A program made the translations under genes and the position numbers. 17,906 nucleotides of DNA from the NCBI GenBank assembly GCA_049969675.1, contig JBMFOP010000034.1, forward strand, positions 1 through 17,906, given 5' to 3'. The notes below the pieces were generated by a model that saw only the letters and a program-made list of their open reading frames with translations, did no database searches and had not been told where the DNA came from. Position 1 is the stretch's first letter. Each line of letters opens with the position of its first letter. Source of the stretch: Myxococcota bacterium (lineage in GTDB: Bacteria; Myxococcota; SpSt-1050). Of the stretch, positions 1-9,090 are shown in pieces.

Positions 1-121
1 TAAACGAGGCTTCGCTTTGCTTTGCCATTTCGCCTAAACGGGACGAGCCCTTAGGGGGATGAGCCTAAACGGCGCTTGTGGTTTTATGTTATTTTTAATT
101 TAGTGGGAATCAGGAGGTGTT

Positions 122-181
122 TCAGAGCCGACGACGGATATTTAGATTGTATATAAATCCCTTTGTTACTCTCTCTGCCAT
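122..181 (-). other. 19-codon ORF MAERVTKGFIYNLNIRRRL with Shine-Dalgarno (leader peptide or truncated gene start)
   Basis: GAGGTGAGTGGAGGTAGG immediately before ATG 181; TGA at 124-122; downstream of the 330-358 promoter. Confidence 0.35.
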
Positions 182-329
182 CCTACCTCCACTCACCTCA
201 AAGAACATATTCTTAAAAAATGAAAATATCTTTTAGAATTTATTTACGCCAAATCAAAAATATATCCAAAGATACCGCCATACTTTATTCATAGGAAGCC
301 AGATTTTTGAGTTTTTGTGTGACAAAATA

Positions 330-358
330 ATCTTACCCTACCGAGTCTTTTATATCAA
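330..358 (-). promoter_or_regulatory. Putative sigma70 promoter firing leftward
   Basis: TTGATA (358-353), 17-nt spacer, TAAGAT (335-330); conserved in the second copy. Confidence 0.6.
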
Positions 359-363
359 AAAAA

Positions 364-423
364 TTATTTTGGACAGGGGAGGTGTTGATAATATGATGTC
401 TGGAGAGAATTTATTTTGGACAG
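364..423 (+). repeat. 13-bp direct repeat TTATTTTGGACAG
   Basis: Exact copies at 364-376 and 411-423, 47 bp apart. Confidence 0.85.
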
Positions 424-452
424 ATGTGATTCTTAACAGATGTGGTTTACTT

Positions 453-2354
453 TTATTGAATTACTCTTTCGTAAATTGTATCAAGGAATTTATTCATAAT
501 ATCGGCGCAGATTCTATACTTATTCTCCTTTAATGCATCAATCATACCCTTTAGCCAGTTTATCTCAGTTGAAGATATCTCTTCGCCTCTGCATCTTTTC
601 TCAATCAGTTCAAGGGCAAAGTTTCCAGCCCTGCCATAATCTTTTAATTTATTTATCCACGGTTTCATCTCAGTCATAAATCTATTATCTGATGAATCCA
701 TCAATATCTCATCCATCTCTTCAAATCTATCAAAAAAGTCCCGTCTTAAAATATTGTAATTAACAGATTCACATCTAACTATTTCGGAGAGAAAGTTATC
801 TATTGCAACCTTTAATTCTGGCGATTCTATATCTGTGATGAGTGAAGACCTTAGATTTGTTGCAAACTTATATATATCATTCTCTCTGCCATTTCTTGCA
901 AAGAATTTTATTGATTCTCTGAATGCATGTTCGCTCTCATATCGGTAAGGAGTCCAGAGCATATCAGCGATTGTACCGAGTGGGATGATTGAAGATATGG
1001 CATATCTCATTGGATTTGATGCGTACATATCGATCTTCTTGAATATTTGTGCCTCTCTACCCATAATAGGTCCCAGGAATGAGGCACCACCATTAAACAT
1101 CAAATCAGATACAGGATAGTTATCTGCAAGGATTGGAGTATCTTTAATAATAGATTCAATCTCAATTAAATCCTCCTCTGTAATCTCAGGTGAGACGACC
1201 TCAACACCGGTCCAGGCAATTTTGTAGAGCCCTCTCAATCCATCAGATATTTTTTTGAGATATGTGTCTTCTTTTGCCCATCTGGTGGTATAATCGTTTG
1301 GAACAAATGCAAGTAATATATCCGGTTTGAGTCTCTTTATATCTTCGTAGAGCCTTCTGGCAATATATACCTGCGCCTCTGCTATATCTGAAAATTTACT
1401 CTTATCCTCATCAGAGAGGATCTTCTGTGTATCATCAAATGCCAGAACCAGACAGGAGTCAAATCCAAAATCTATGAGTTTTCGGTATTTATAGAGCAGA
1501 GTTGTGTAATCTTTACTGTTTGAAAATTTTATATCATATCCGGGTCCTACTCCGTAACATGGGATAATTCCTAATCTCTTTGAATGTCTGGCAATCTCTC
1601 TGAGTTTGTTCTCTTCATTCTCATCAAAGGGGGTACGCCACATCGCCCAGGCATATGGGTCTGATTTGGGTGAATATAGGAAGATATTGTATCTCAACAT
1701 AGCAAGATATGTAATTGCATCAATTCGGTCCTTTTGGTCCCATGGCTTTCCATAAAATGCCTCAGCCACTCCTCTGAATTTCACATCAGGGAAGTCATAG
1801 ATTGCCATCTCAACAAGGGACTTTTTATAAATCAACTGCGATATTGATTTTGCCGCATTATAAAGACCCTCTAACTCATCTGCAACGATATAAATAAATA
1901 TCACATTCTCTTTATTGGAAATTTTTAAATAGTAGGCGCCTCCTTTATTTGGATAAGTAAAATTACACTTCTTAAATAACTCATTGAGTCCAGAAAAGCT
2001 ATGGACTTGAATCTCGGCACCATTTGAATAATTTCCATTATTATCATTGTTGAATTTTGAAAACTCATCAAAGAAATCTTTTAGTCTATCATTATCTTTT
2101 ATAGATACTCTGAATGAATCAGCTGCAATCCTCAAAAGAGTACCAAATGAGATCTTCGGTGCAGGGAATAAGACCTGATCATTTCTTTGATAATTATCGG
2201 GACAGATATCTGAAGGGAAAGGACTTAATGCATCTGTATCCGAAGTGACATCATTCAATTCAGCAGATATGTCCGAAGAGAGACTTATCTCTCTCAATTC
2301 ACAGGAGGATATAAAGATTAAGGATACAAAACCAATTAGGAAAGTATTGCGCAT
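453..2354 (-). CDS. GH84 family beta-N-acetylglucosaminidase (O-GlcNAcase/hyaluronidase-like), predicted lipoprotein
   Basis: GH84 motifs FRGVAEAFYGKPW, YSPKSDPY, catalytic Asp pair VLAFDDT and WTG; GH20b-like N-terminal domain (AYYLKIS...GLYNAAKSISQL); helical C-terminus. Start moved to ATG 2354 because GGAGG lies upstream and MRNTFLIGFVSLIFISSC is a signal peptide with lipobox. Confidence 0.88.
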   Translation of the reverse strand: MRNTFLIGFVSLIFISSCELREISLSSDISAELNDVTSDTDALSPFPSDICPDNYQRNDQVLFPAPKISFGTLLRIAADSFRVSIKDNDRLKDFFDEFSKFNNDNNGNYSNGAEIQVHSFSGLNELFKKCNFTYPNKGGAYYLKISNKENVIFIYIVADELEGLYNAAKSISQLIYKKSLVEMAIYDFPDVKFRGVAEAFYGKPWDQKDRIDAITYLAMLRYNIFLYSPKSDPYAWAMWRTPFDENEENKLREIARHSKRLGIIPCYGVGPGYDIKFSNSKDYTTLLYKYRKLIDFGFDSCLVLAFDDTQKILSDEDKSKFSDIAEAQVYIARRLYEDIKRLKPDILLAFVPNDYTTRWAKEDTYLKKISDGLRGLYKIAWTGVEVVSPEITEEDLIEIESIIKDTPILADNYPVSDLMFNGGASFLGPIMGREAQIFKKIDMYASNPMRYAISSIIPLGTIADMLWTPYRYESEHAFRESIKFFARNGRENDIYKFATNLRSSLITDIESPELKVAIDNFLSEIVRCESVNYNILRRDFFDRFEEMDEILMDSSDNRFMTEMKPWINKLKDYGRAGNFALELIEKRCRGEEISSTEINWLKGMIDALKENKYRICADIMNKFLDTIYERVIQ

Positions 2355-2516
2355 CGTCTGCCTCCATACAAAGTGAATTATTATCATAACCATCTATTTT
2401 ATTCAATCAATAAGGAGACACAAATGTCTTAAACCTTCCAATATTTTATTGAAATTCATTTATTATATGTTATTAAGTTGCTGGATTTTGCTAAGGGGAA
2501 GGATATAGACTATAAG

Positions 2517-4583
2517 ATGAAACTCGAAAGACTTGCCTCGCTCTATGAGTCAGTGGCGATATTGAATAGCTCGCTCAAATTAGAAGAGGTACTTAACAGA
2601 ACTATCAGTATTGCCCGTGAGGTACTCAATCTGGATAACTGTGCAGTACTCCTCTTTGATAGCAAAGAGGGTGTGCTCAGGATCTCAAGGGCTATCGGTT
2701 ATGATGAGAATATTATAAATACATTCAAGGTAAAGCCGGGAGTAGGTATATCTGGCTGGGTCTTTGAGCACAAAGAGGGTGTGGTAATCTCAAATGTTCA
2801 GAAGGACCCAAGATATATCAAAGGTGTGAGTGGGGCGATCTCTGAGATGGCTGTCCCTCTCATCGTTGACGACAATGTCATTGGTGTGCTGGATGCTGAG
2901 AGCAAGAGAGAGAATGCCTTTCTGGATGAAGACTTTATGATGTTTAAGATATTTGCATCAAATGTAGCAGTTGCGATCAGGAACGCAGATATATTAAACA
3001 AATTACTTGTCAGCAATCAAGAGCTCAAACAGAGGCTAAATGAGATCTCTACAATATCTCGTATTGCCAATTCTGTAAGCACCATTTTAGACATTGATGT
3101 CTTATTGCTAAAGATATTGAATCTGGTAAAAGAGACTCTCAACTTCACAAATTGCGCAATTCTGCTCCTTGATAGAAATACAGGGGTTTTGAAGGTAAGG
3201 GCATCAATCGGATATAAGGATGAACTGATAAAGAATCTGGCTATCAGACCGGGTGAGGGAATTACAGGAAGGGTTCTACTGTATGGTAGACCAGTTTTGA
3301 TAAAAGATATTAGAAGTGAACCCGGATATATAGAAGGTGTCAATGGTGGCAGGTCCGAGATATCTGTTCCATTAATCGTGAGAGATGAGGTCATAGGTGT
3401 TCTGGATGCAGAGTCTCCGATTCCAGATAAATTTTCTGAGAATGACCTGAATCTCTTCTCAGTATTTGCAAGTTATATATCCTCAGCTATTCACAATGCC
3501 GAACTCTTCTCCGAACTTGAGCAGAAGAATCAGGTTCTAAAGAAGAGTCTGAGTGAAATTGAGAAGATGAATCAGGATCTCATAAGATATGCAAATGAAG
3601 TCAAACAGATAAATGAGAAACTCAATAAGAGAATAGTTGAGATAACTACTGTATATGAGGCTTCAAAGACTATAATCTCCTCACTGGATCTGGAGGAGAC
3701 CCTACAATCAATAGTTATGCTCACCAATGACCTCGTAAAGTCCTCTGTCTCTGCAATCAAACTTATAGATGCAGATACTCTGGAGGTAAAAGAGAGAATA
3801 AGGCTTGCGAGTCAGGAGAGCGATACGGTTCAGGGATCTACTGGAAAGAAATTTGAGATACCACTTCAGATTGGAGAAAAGGTAATTGGTTATTTTGAAC
3901 TCGGTGATGTGGACCCCTCCACGATGGGAGAGGAGGAGAGACAGATTCTACATACGCTCGCATCTCAGGCGGCGATAGCAATTGAGAATGCAAGGCTCTT
4001 TGAGGAGACTCAGAGGACATATTATGAGACTATCAGGGGGCTCGCTCAGGCGCTTGAGGCGAGAGATGCCTATACGAGGGGACACTCTGAGAGAGTTACA
4101 AAATATGCGCTTCTTATCGCAGATGAACTCGGTCTTAATAATGACCAGAAACGATTGATAAGCTATGCTGGGTTATTACACGATATTGGTAAGATTGGAA
4201 TTGCAGACAATATACTCAACAAGAAAGCAACATTGACCCCTGAAGATAGAAAGGCGATAGAGAATCATCCGCTCTTTGGAGACCAGATTCTTGGACCAAT
4301 AAAGTTTTTGAAAGAGGCACAGAATATAGTCCTTCACCACCATGAAAAATATGATGGAAGTGGCTATCCTTCCAGACTCAAAGGAGAGGAGATTCCACTG
4401 CTCGCCCGAATAATAACAGTTGCTGATTCCTTTGACGCTATGACATCTGACAGGCCTTACAGGAAGGCCTTTAGTCTTGAAGAGGCGATCGCAGAACTTA
4501 AGAGGAAGTCTGGATCACAGTTTGACCCTAAAGTAGTAGAGGTCTTTGAAAAAATTATTGCCAAATACGGAATTATAAAGTAA
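2517..4583 (+). CDS. GAF-GAF-coiled coil-GAF-HD-GYP cyclic dinucleotide phosphodiesterase
   Basis: HD-GYP motifs EARDAYTRGHSERV, LLHDIGKIG, HHHEKYDGSGYP, ARIITVADSFDAMTSDRPYR; GAF signatures VPLIV..VIGVLDAES and ASQAAIAIENARL. ATG 2517 preferred over TTG 2478 because a purine-rich AAGGGGAAGGA lies upstream. Confidence 0.93.
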   Translation: MKLERLASLYESVAILNSSLKLEEVLNRTISIAREVLNLDNCAVLLFDSKEGVLRISRAIGYDENIINTFKVKPGVGISGWVFEHKEGVVISNVQKDPRYIKGVSGAISEMAVPLIVDDNVIGVLDAESKRENAFLDEDFMMFKIFASNVAVAIRNADILNKLLVSNQELKQRLNEISTISRIANSVSTILDIDVLLLKILNLVKETLNFTNCAILLLDRNTGVLKVRASIGYKDELIKNLAIRPGEGITGRVLLYGRPVLIKDIRSEPGYIEGVNGGRSEISVPLIVRDEVIGVLDAESPIPDKFSENDLNLFSVFASYISSAIHNAELFSELEQKNQVLKKSLSEIEKMNQDLIRYANEVKQINEKLNKRIVEITTVYEASKTIISSLDLEETLQSIVMLTNDLVKSSVSAIKLIDADTLEVKERIRLASQESDTVQGSTGKKFEIPLQIGEKVIGYFELGDVDPSTMGEEERQILHTLASQAAIAIENARLFEETQRTYYETIRGLAQALEARDAYTRGHSERVTKYALLIADELGLNNDQKRLISYAGLLHDIGKIGIADNILNKKATLTPEDRKAIENHPLFGDQILGPIKFLKEAQNIVLHHHEKYDGSGYPSRLKGEEIPLLARIITVADSFDAMTSDRPYRKAFSLEEAIAELKRKSGSQFDPKVVEVFEKIIAKYGIIK

Positions 4584-4615
4584 TCTAAAAGGGATTTTTG
4601 CGTGGAGGTATTATT

Positions 4616-7195
4616 ATGAAAAAGGCTATTTTATGCATCATAATTTTAATTTCACTACTATCCTTTTTCTCCTGTAGTGATGAGGCAACAGGGTGTAAGA
4701 AAAGTTCTGACTGTGGTGAGGGTTATATATGCAAGAATGGGAGGTGTGAGAAGAGGAGCACTACATATATAGACCTCGACAATGACGGAGTTGACGATGC
4801 GGTGGATAACTGTCCAACTGTCTCAAATCCGGATCAAAAAGATACAGACAGCGATGGAATTGGAGATATGTGTGATAATGATCTGGACGGAGATGGAGTA
4901 GACAACAATGATGACAATTGTATTGATGTTAAAAATCCCGACCAGAAGGATACAGATAAGGATGGGAAAGGTGATGCCTGTGATGATGATATTGATGGAG
5001 ATGGAATTAAGAATAAGGACGATAACTGCCCTGTGATAGCCAACCCGGACCAGAAGGATTCAAATAATAACGGTATAGGTGATGCCTGTGAAGGCGATTC
5101 TGATAAAGACGGCGTGACTGATGACATTGACAATTGCAAAGAGATATACAATCCCGACCAGAAGGATACAGATGCGGATGGGATTGGAGATGCCTGCGAT
5201 GATGATATTGATGGAGACGGAATAAAGAATTCTAATGACAACTGCCCCTATGTCTCAAATACGGATCAAAAAGATACAGACTTTGATGGGAAAGGGGATG
5301 CCTGTGATGATGATACAGATTTTAATACAGGTGGAAGTTATAACAACTCCTGTAAATATAAACCTCCAAGAGGTGCATTTGACCCTGTAATAAAGTGGGA
5401 GTGGAATGGTTCAAACATTCTACCTCAATACAATCAGGTGATGTCAACACCAATCATTATTAACACCAATGATGATAACAAGGATGGAAAGATTAACGAA
5501 AATGATATTCCAGATGTGGTAACAATCTCATTTTATACCTATTCTGGATGTGGTGGAATCTGTCTTGGGGCTGGAGTTTTAAGGATTCTTTCTGGAGATA
5601 CCGGCGCTGAACTATTCCCAGGAGATGGATTTGTCATCTCGGAGAATTACAGACTTGCACCAGCCAGCAATATCGCCGCGGCAGATATTGATAAGGATGG
5701 AAAAGTGGAGATAGTTGCACTCAGATATACAACAGATGGCCCTGTTGTATTTGATAATCGGGGGAATATCAAATGGCATTGTGCACAGTCCAATCTCAAC
5801 AACTGTGTAAAATATGCAGATCTTCACGCTGGACTTGATTGGGGTGGACCTTCAATCGCTGACATTGACGGGGACGGATATGGGGAGATTATTGTGGGTG
5901 CTGCTGTATGGCAGTACAACGGTGTCAGAAGATGGGTGGGCAATAAAGGTATAGGAGATAATGGCGTAGGACCTCTCTCTGCTGTCGCTGATATAGATGG
6001 TGATGGAAAGATGGAAATAATCACAGGCAGCACTGTCTATAATTTTGATGGCACCATAAGATGGACAGATATTCCAGACCCATCCGGGACGGGGACACTG
6101 GGCGATGGATTTGTAGCAATTGCAGATTTTGATAAGGATGGTAAACCAGACCTTGTGGTGGTCTCAAAGGGAACTATCAGATTACAGGATGCCCGAACAG
6201 GTGCAATTAAGTGGGGACCGTTTGATGTGCCAGCCTCTGATGGAAAGAGGGTTGGGGCTCCAACCATTGCAGATTTTGATTCAGATGGAGAGCCAGAGAT
6301 CGGTGTGGCGGGATATTCTGGATATGTGGTCTTTGAAACCAACGGCGCAGTAAAATGGCTGAGCCCAACTAAAGACAGGAGCTCACATGCTACCGGTTCA
6401 TCTCTATTTGATTTTGAGAATGACGGGTATGTAGAGGTCCTATATAATGACGAAGAAAAATTTAGGGTCTATGATGGAGAGGGCTCATCAAAGGATGAGA
6501 ACAACGACGGATACAATGACGGCATCGTCTTATTTGAACAGACAAATACCAGCTGGACGGCATATGAGAATCCAGTAGTGGCAGATGTTGACAACGACGG
6601 GAAGGCAGAGATTATAATATGTGCAAATAATTATACGAGAGAGACCGGAAACCCGACTGGTATTAGGGTATTCAAAGACAAAAATGACAACTGGGTACAT
6701 ACCAGAAGAATCTGGAATCAGCACACCTATCATATTGACAATATTAACGAAGATGGATCACTACCAGCAAGAGAGGCGGCATCCTGGACAACTCATAATA
6801 CTTACAGATTAAATAAGTTTGCAGGAGATATCCCATTTGCGGCACCAGACCTTGTAGCGACATGGCTTGCAGTCGATTGGTATAGCTGTCCTGCTCAATT
6901 TACAGTATGGGTCTGGATAGAGAATAGGGGTGCTCTAAAGGTTCCAGCCGGTATCCCCGTCGCCCTCTTCAATGGAAACCCACAACTTGGAGGGACATTA
7001 CTTGCGATTGTAAATACTAAATATGTCCTTGAGCCGGGTGACTCCGAAAAGGTAAAATTCGTTATCAATAATCCACCAAAGAAAGTAGATATCTACATCT
7101 GGGTCGATTACGATGGTGCTGCCTCCACAAAGAATGAATGTAATGAGTCAGATAACCTTTATAAAGGATTTGACTTTGAATGTAGTGAATTATAA
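4616..7195 (+). CDS. Surface lipoprotein with Cys-rich motif, thrombospondin type-3 Ca-binding repeats, FG-GAP/VCBS beta-propeller and C-terminal CARDB-like domain
   Basis: GGAGG before ATG 4616; lipobox [39 protein letters not shown] repeats; multiple ADxDxDGxxEI motifs; terminal PDLV...IENRG...NECNESDN. Confidence 0.88.
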   Translation: MKKAILCIIILISLLSFFSCSDEATGCKKSSDCGEGYICKNGRCEKRSTTYIDLDNDGVDDAVDNCPTVSNPDQKDTDSDGIGDMCDNDLDGDGVDNNDDNCIDVKNPDQKDTDKDGKGDACDDDIDGDGIKNKDDNCPVIANPDQKDSNNNGIGDACEGDSDKDGVTDDIDNCKEIYNPDQKDTDADGIGDACDDDIDGDGIKNSNDNCPYVSNTDQKDTDFDGKGDACDDDTDFNTGGSYNNSCKYKPPRGAFDPVIKWEWNGSNILPQYNQVMSTPIIINTNDDNKDGKINENDIPDVVTISFYTYSGCGGICLGAGVLRILSGDTGAELFPGDGFVISENYRLAPASNIAAADIDKDGKVEIVALRYTTDGPVVFDNRGNIKWHCAQSNLNNCVKYADLHAGLDWGGPSIADIDGDGYGEIIVGAAVWQYNGVRRWVGNKGIGDNGVGPLSAVADIDGDGKMEIITGSTVYNFDGTIRWTDIPDPSGTGTLGDGFVAIADFDKDGKPDLVVVSKGTIRLQDARTGAIKWGPFDVPASDGKRVGAPTIADFDSDGEPEIGVAGYSGYVVFETNGAVKWLSPTKDRSSHATGSSLFDFENDGYVEVLYNDEEKFRVYDGEGSSKDENNDGYNDGIVLFEQTNTSWTAYENPVVADVDNDGKAEIIICANNYTRETGNPTGIRVFKDKNDNWVHTRRIWNQHTYHIDNINEDGSLPAREAASWTTHNTYRLNKFAGDIPFAAPDLVATWLAVDWYSCPAQFTVWVWIENRGALKVPAGIPVALFNGNPQLGGTLLAIVNTKYVLEPGDSEKVKFVINNPPKKVDIYIWVDYDGAASTKNECNESDNLYKGFDFECSEL
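4772..5311 (+). repeat. Five tandem 108-bp (36-aa) thrombospondin type-3-like coding repeats
   Basis: Unit D.D.DG.....DNC....N.DQKD...[DN]G.GD.C.. repeated five times; also visible in DNA, e.g. AATCCCGACCAGAAGGATACAGAT occurs twice. Confidence 0.9.
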
Positions 7196-7213
7196 TTCAG
7201 AGGTCTGGGGTAT

Positions 7214-9004
7214 TTGAGATTTAAGAGAGGCTCTTTTAGCTTCAAACTCTTTGCAATATCCATATTAATTGGAATTATATTTGCCCTTATCTCTGTGCTG
7301 GCAAATAACTATTTTATAAACAGGATAGTCTTTAAAGTTACTGAAGAGAGGGCAAATTCAACACTTAATTATATTGAACATTTACTCAGATCAGAAGAGA
7401 GAGATTTAAATGAGTTGAATCTAACAACCCTTTTTCAAAAGGGGGAGATGCTCTGTCTTGCTTTATATGATGAGAATGGAAAACTTTTATCAAAGACTGG
7501 AAGTTATGATTGTAATGCACCTAAAGTCATACCCTCTTTTAGGTATTCATCCAGCAAAGATGAGAATGGATATTATAATTTTATAAAAAAGGTCTTTGGG
7601 ATAAGGACTTCCAATAATATTTCTGATGGATATTTAGTGCTTGCACTTGATTTGAGATATGTCAAACATCTTGTTGAACCAATAAATCAGTTCAGAATAT
7701 ACTTCTTCATATCAATAATTCTACTTCTATTGGTCTTTATTTATTATACAACAAGGCATCTTGTTATACCTATTGAGAGGGCGATTATGACCCTGAGGGA
7801 TATGACAGAGAAGGGTTTTGTGAATATTGATATAGATGATGATAATTATGACGAAATAAAAGAGATACTGTATAGATTTAGAGATATCCAGACTTCTCTA
7901 AATTCTATTCAATTCAACTTTCGCACCTCTGAGGAGAGACTGAAGACCCTACTTAATAAGACCGGAGATGTCATTTTAATGCTGGATGAGAATTTTAAGA
8001 TTGAGTATGCAAGCAGTACATTTAATAATATTCTAGGAATAGATTTGAACAGAGCGGAGAGCAGATTGCCATTCTCAGAGTTTCTCACCAATGAAGAACG
8101 ACGGAGATTGTTACCATATTTAAGAAAAATCCTGAGAGGAGAATCTTCACAGGATTTTCAACTAAAATTGAAAGATAAAAATGGGGAAGAGGTATTCCTG
8201 TTGACCTCCTGGATACTCAGAGAGAATCTGAATCATAAGGGCGGCGGAATAATTATCTTTGGTAAAAATATTACAGAACATAAAAAGATTGAGGAGATTT
8301 TGAGGAAGAGGACAGAGGCACTTGAGACAATACTATTCTCACTCTCTCACGACCTGAAGGGCCCTGTCTTCACCTTAAAAGGAATGACGACACTCTTTAA
8401 GCAGCAATATTATAATTCTCTAAACGAACAGGGACAGCATTTCATTGACAGGATAAATGAGAGTATCCTTAAGCTTGAGAGAATGATATCAAATATGTTA
8501 GATATAATTAGATTTGAGAGACAGGTATTTAAGATGGAGGAGGTAAATCTAAATGAACTTATAGGATATCTATGTTCAGATATGAAGGATTACATTGAGG
8601 AGTGTAATGCAGAACTAAGGCTCCTAAACGAGTTACCCACAATAAAGGGAGACAAAGACAAAATTTATATAGTCTTTAAAAACCTCCTTGAGAATGCATT
8701 AAAATATAGGAGCACTGATAGAAAATGCATAATAACCATTGAGGCTAAAAGCAATGAAAAAGGTGTAGAGATTCTTTTTGAAGACAACGGTATTGGGATA
8801 GAGAGCAGTTTTTTAGATAAACTCTTCAAACCTTTCTCAAGGGCAGGTGCACCCTCTCATAATATGCCATCTGGATACGGTATAGGCCTTGCAATTGTAA
8901 AAGGGATTCTGGATGCACATAATTCTGAGATAAAGGTTGAGAGCTCCTATGGAGAGTGGACAAAATTCAGAATATTTTTTGATAGGTCAATGTTAATCGG
9001 ATAG
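7214..9004 (+). CDS. Membrane sensor histidine kinase (2 TM, periplasmic domain, HAMP-like linker, PAS, HisKA, HATPase)
   Basis: H box SLSHDLKGPV, N box VFKNLLENALKY, G1 EDNGIGI, F box LFKPF, G2 GYGIGLAI; PAS ending GKNITEHK. TTG start 18 nt after the previous stop; start uncertain. Confidence 0.92.
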   Translation: MRFKRGSFSFKLFAISILIGIIFALISVLANNYFINRIVFKVTEERANSTLNYIEHLLRSEERDLNELNLTTLFQKGEMLCLALYDENGKLLSKTGSYDCNAPKVIPSFRYSSSKDENGYYNFIKKVFGIRTSNNISDGYLVLALDLRYVKHLVEPINQFRIYFFISIILLLLVFIYYTTRHLVIPIERAIMTLRDMTEKGFVNIDIDDDNYDEIKEILYRFRDIQTSLNSIQFNFRTSEERLKTLLNKTGDVILMLDENFKIEYASSTFNNILGIDLNRAESRLPFSEFLTNEERRRLLPYLRKILRGESSQDFQLKLKDKNGEEVFLLTSWILRENLNHKGGGIIIFGKNITEHKKIEEILRKRTEALETILFSLSHDLKGPVFTLKGMTTLFKQQYYNSLNEQGQHFIDRINESILKLERMISNMLDIIRFERQVFKMEEVNLNELIGYLCSDMKDYIEECNAELRLLNELPTIKGDKDKIYIVFKNLLENALKYRSTDRKCIITIEAKSNEKGVEILFEDNGIGIESSFLDKLFKPFSRAGAPSHNMPSGYGIGLAIVKGILDAHNSEIKVESSYGEWTKFRIFFDRSMLIG

Positions 9005-9090
9005 TAATATGAATGAGATAGTTGCAGTAGTCCTTAATGGAGGGCTGGCATAAAAAACTTTATTGATATCGCTAAAAGTTGTCCGGGTCA

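Larger units (their letters stand above)
313..429 (-). repeat. Left copy of a duplicated promoter-containing module (inverted relative to 17790-17861)
   Basis: 313-362 matches the reverse complement of 17812-17861 at 43/50 with an exact 15-bp core TCTTACCCTACCGAG; 409-429 matches the reverse complement of 17790-17810 at 19/21. Confidence 0.9.

Noticed and set aside
122..124. Selenocysteine readthrough of the 19-aa ORF TGA
   Set aside because: Further in-frame TGA and TAA follow within nine codons.
316..333. Tn7-like transposon end (TGT...GACAAAATA)
   Set aside because: Resemblance is short, the matching TGT terminus and target duplication cannot be defined, and no tns genes are present; kept only as one alternative in the main finding.
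1..450. CRISPR array
   Set aside because: Repeats are only 10-13 bp with 2-3 copies; no 23-47-bp repeat-spacer periodicity; no cas genes in the window.
2798..6812. Short ORFs inside the HD-GYP and FG-GAP genes (e.g. 3017-3394, 4834-5241, 6037-6342, 6120-6353)
   Set aside because: Antisense or off-frame shadows of strong genes; Ser/Pro/Ile-rich composition mirrors Asp/Gly codons; no recognisable motifs.
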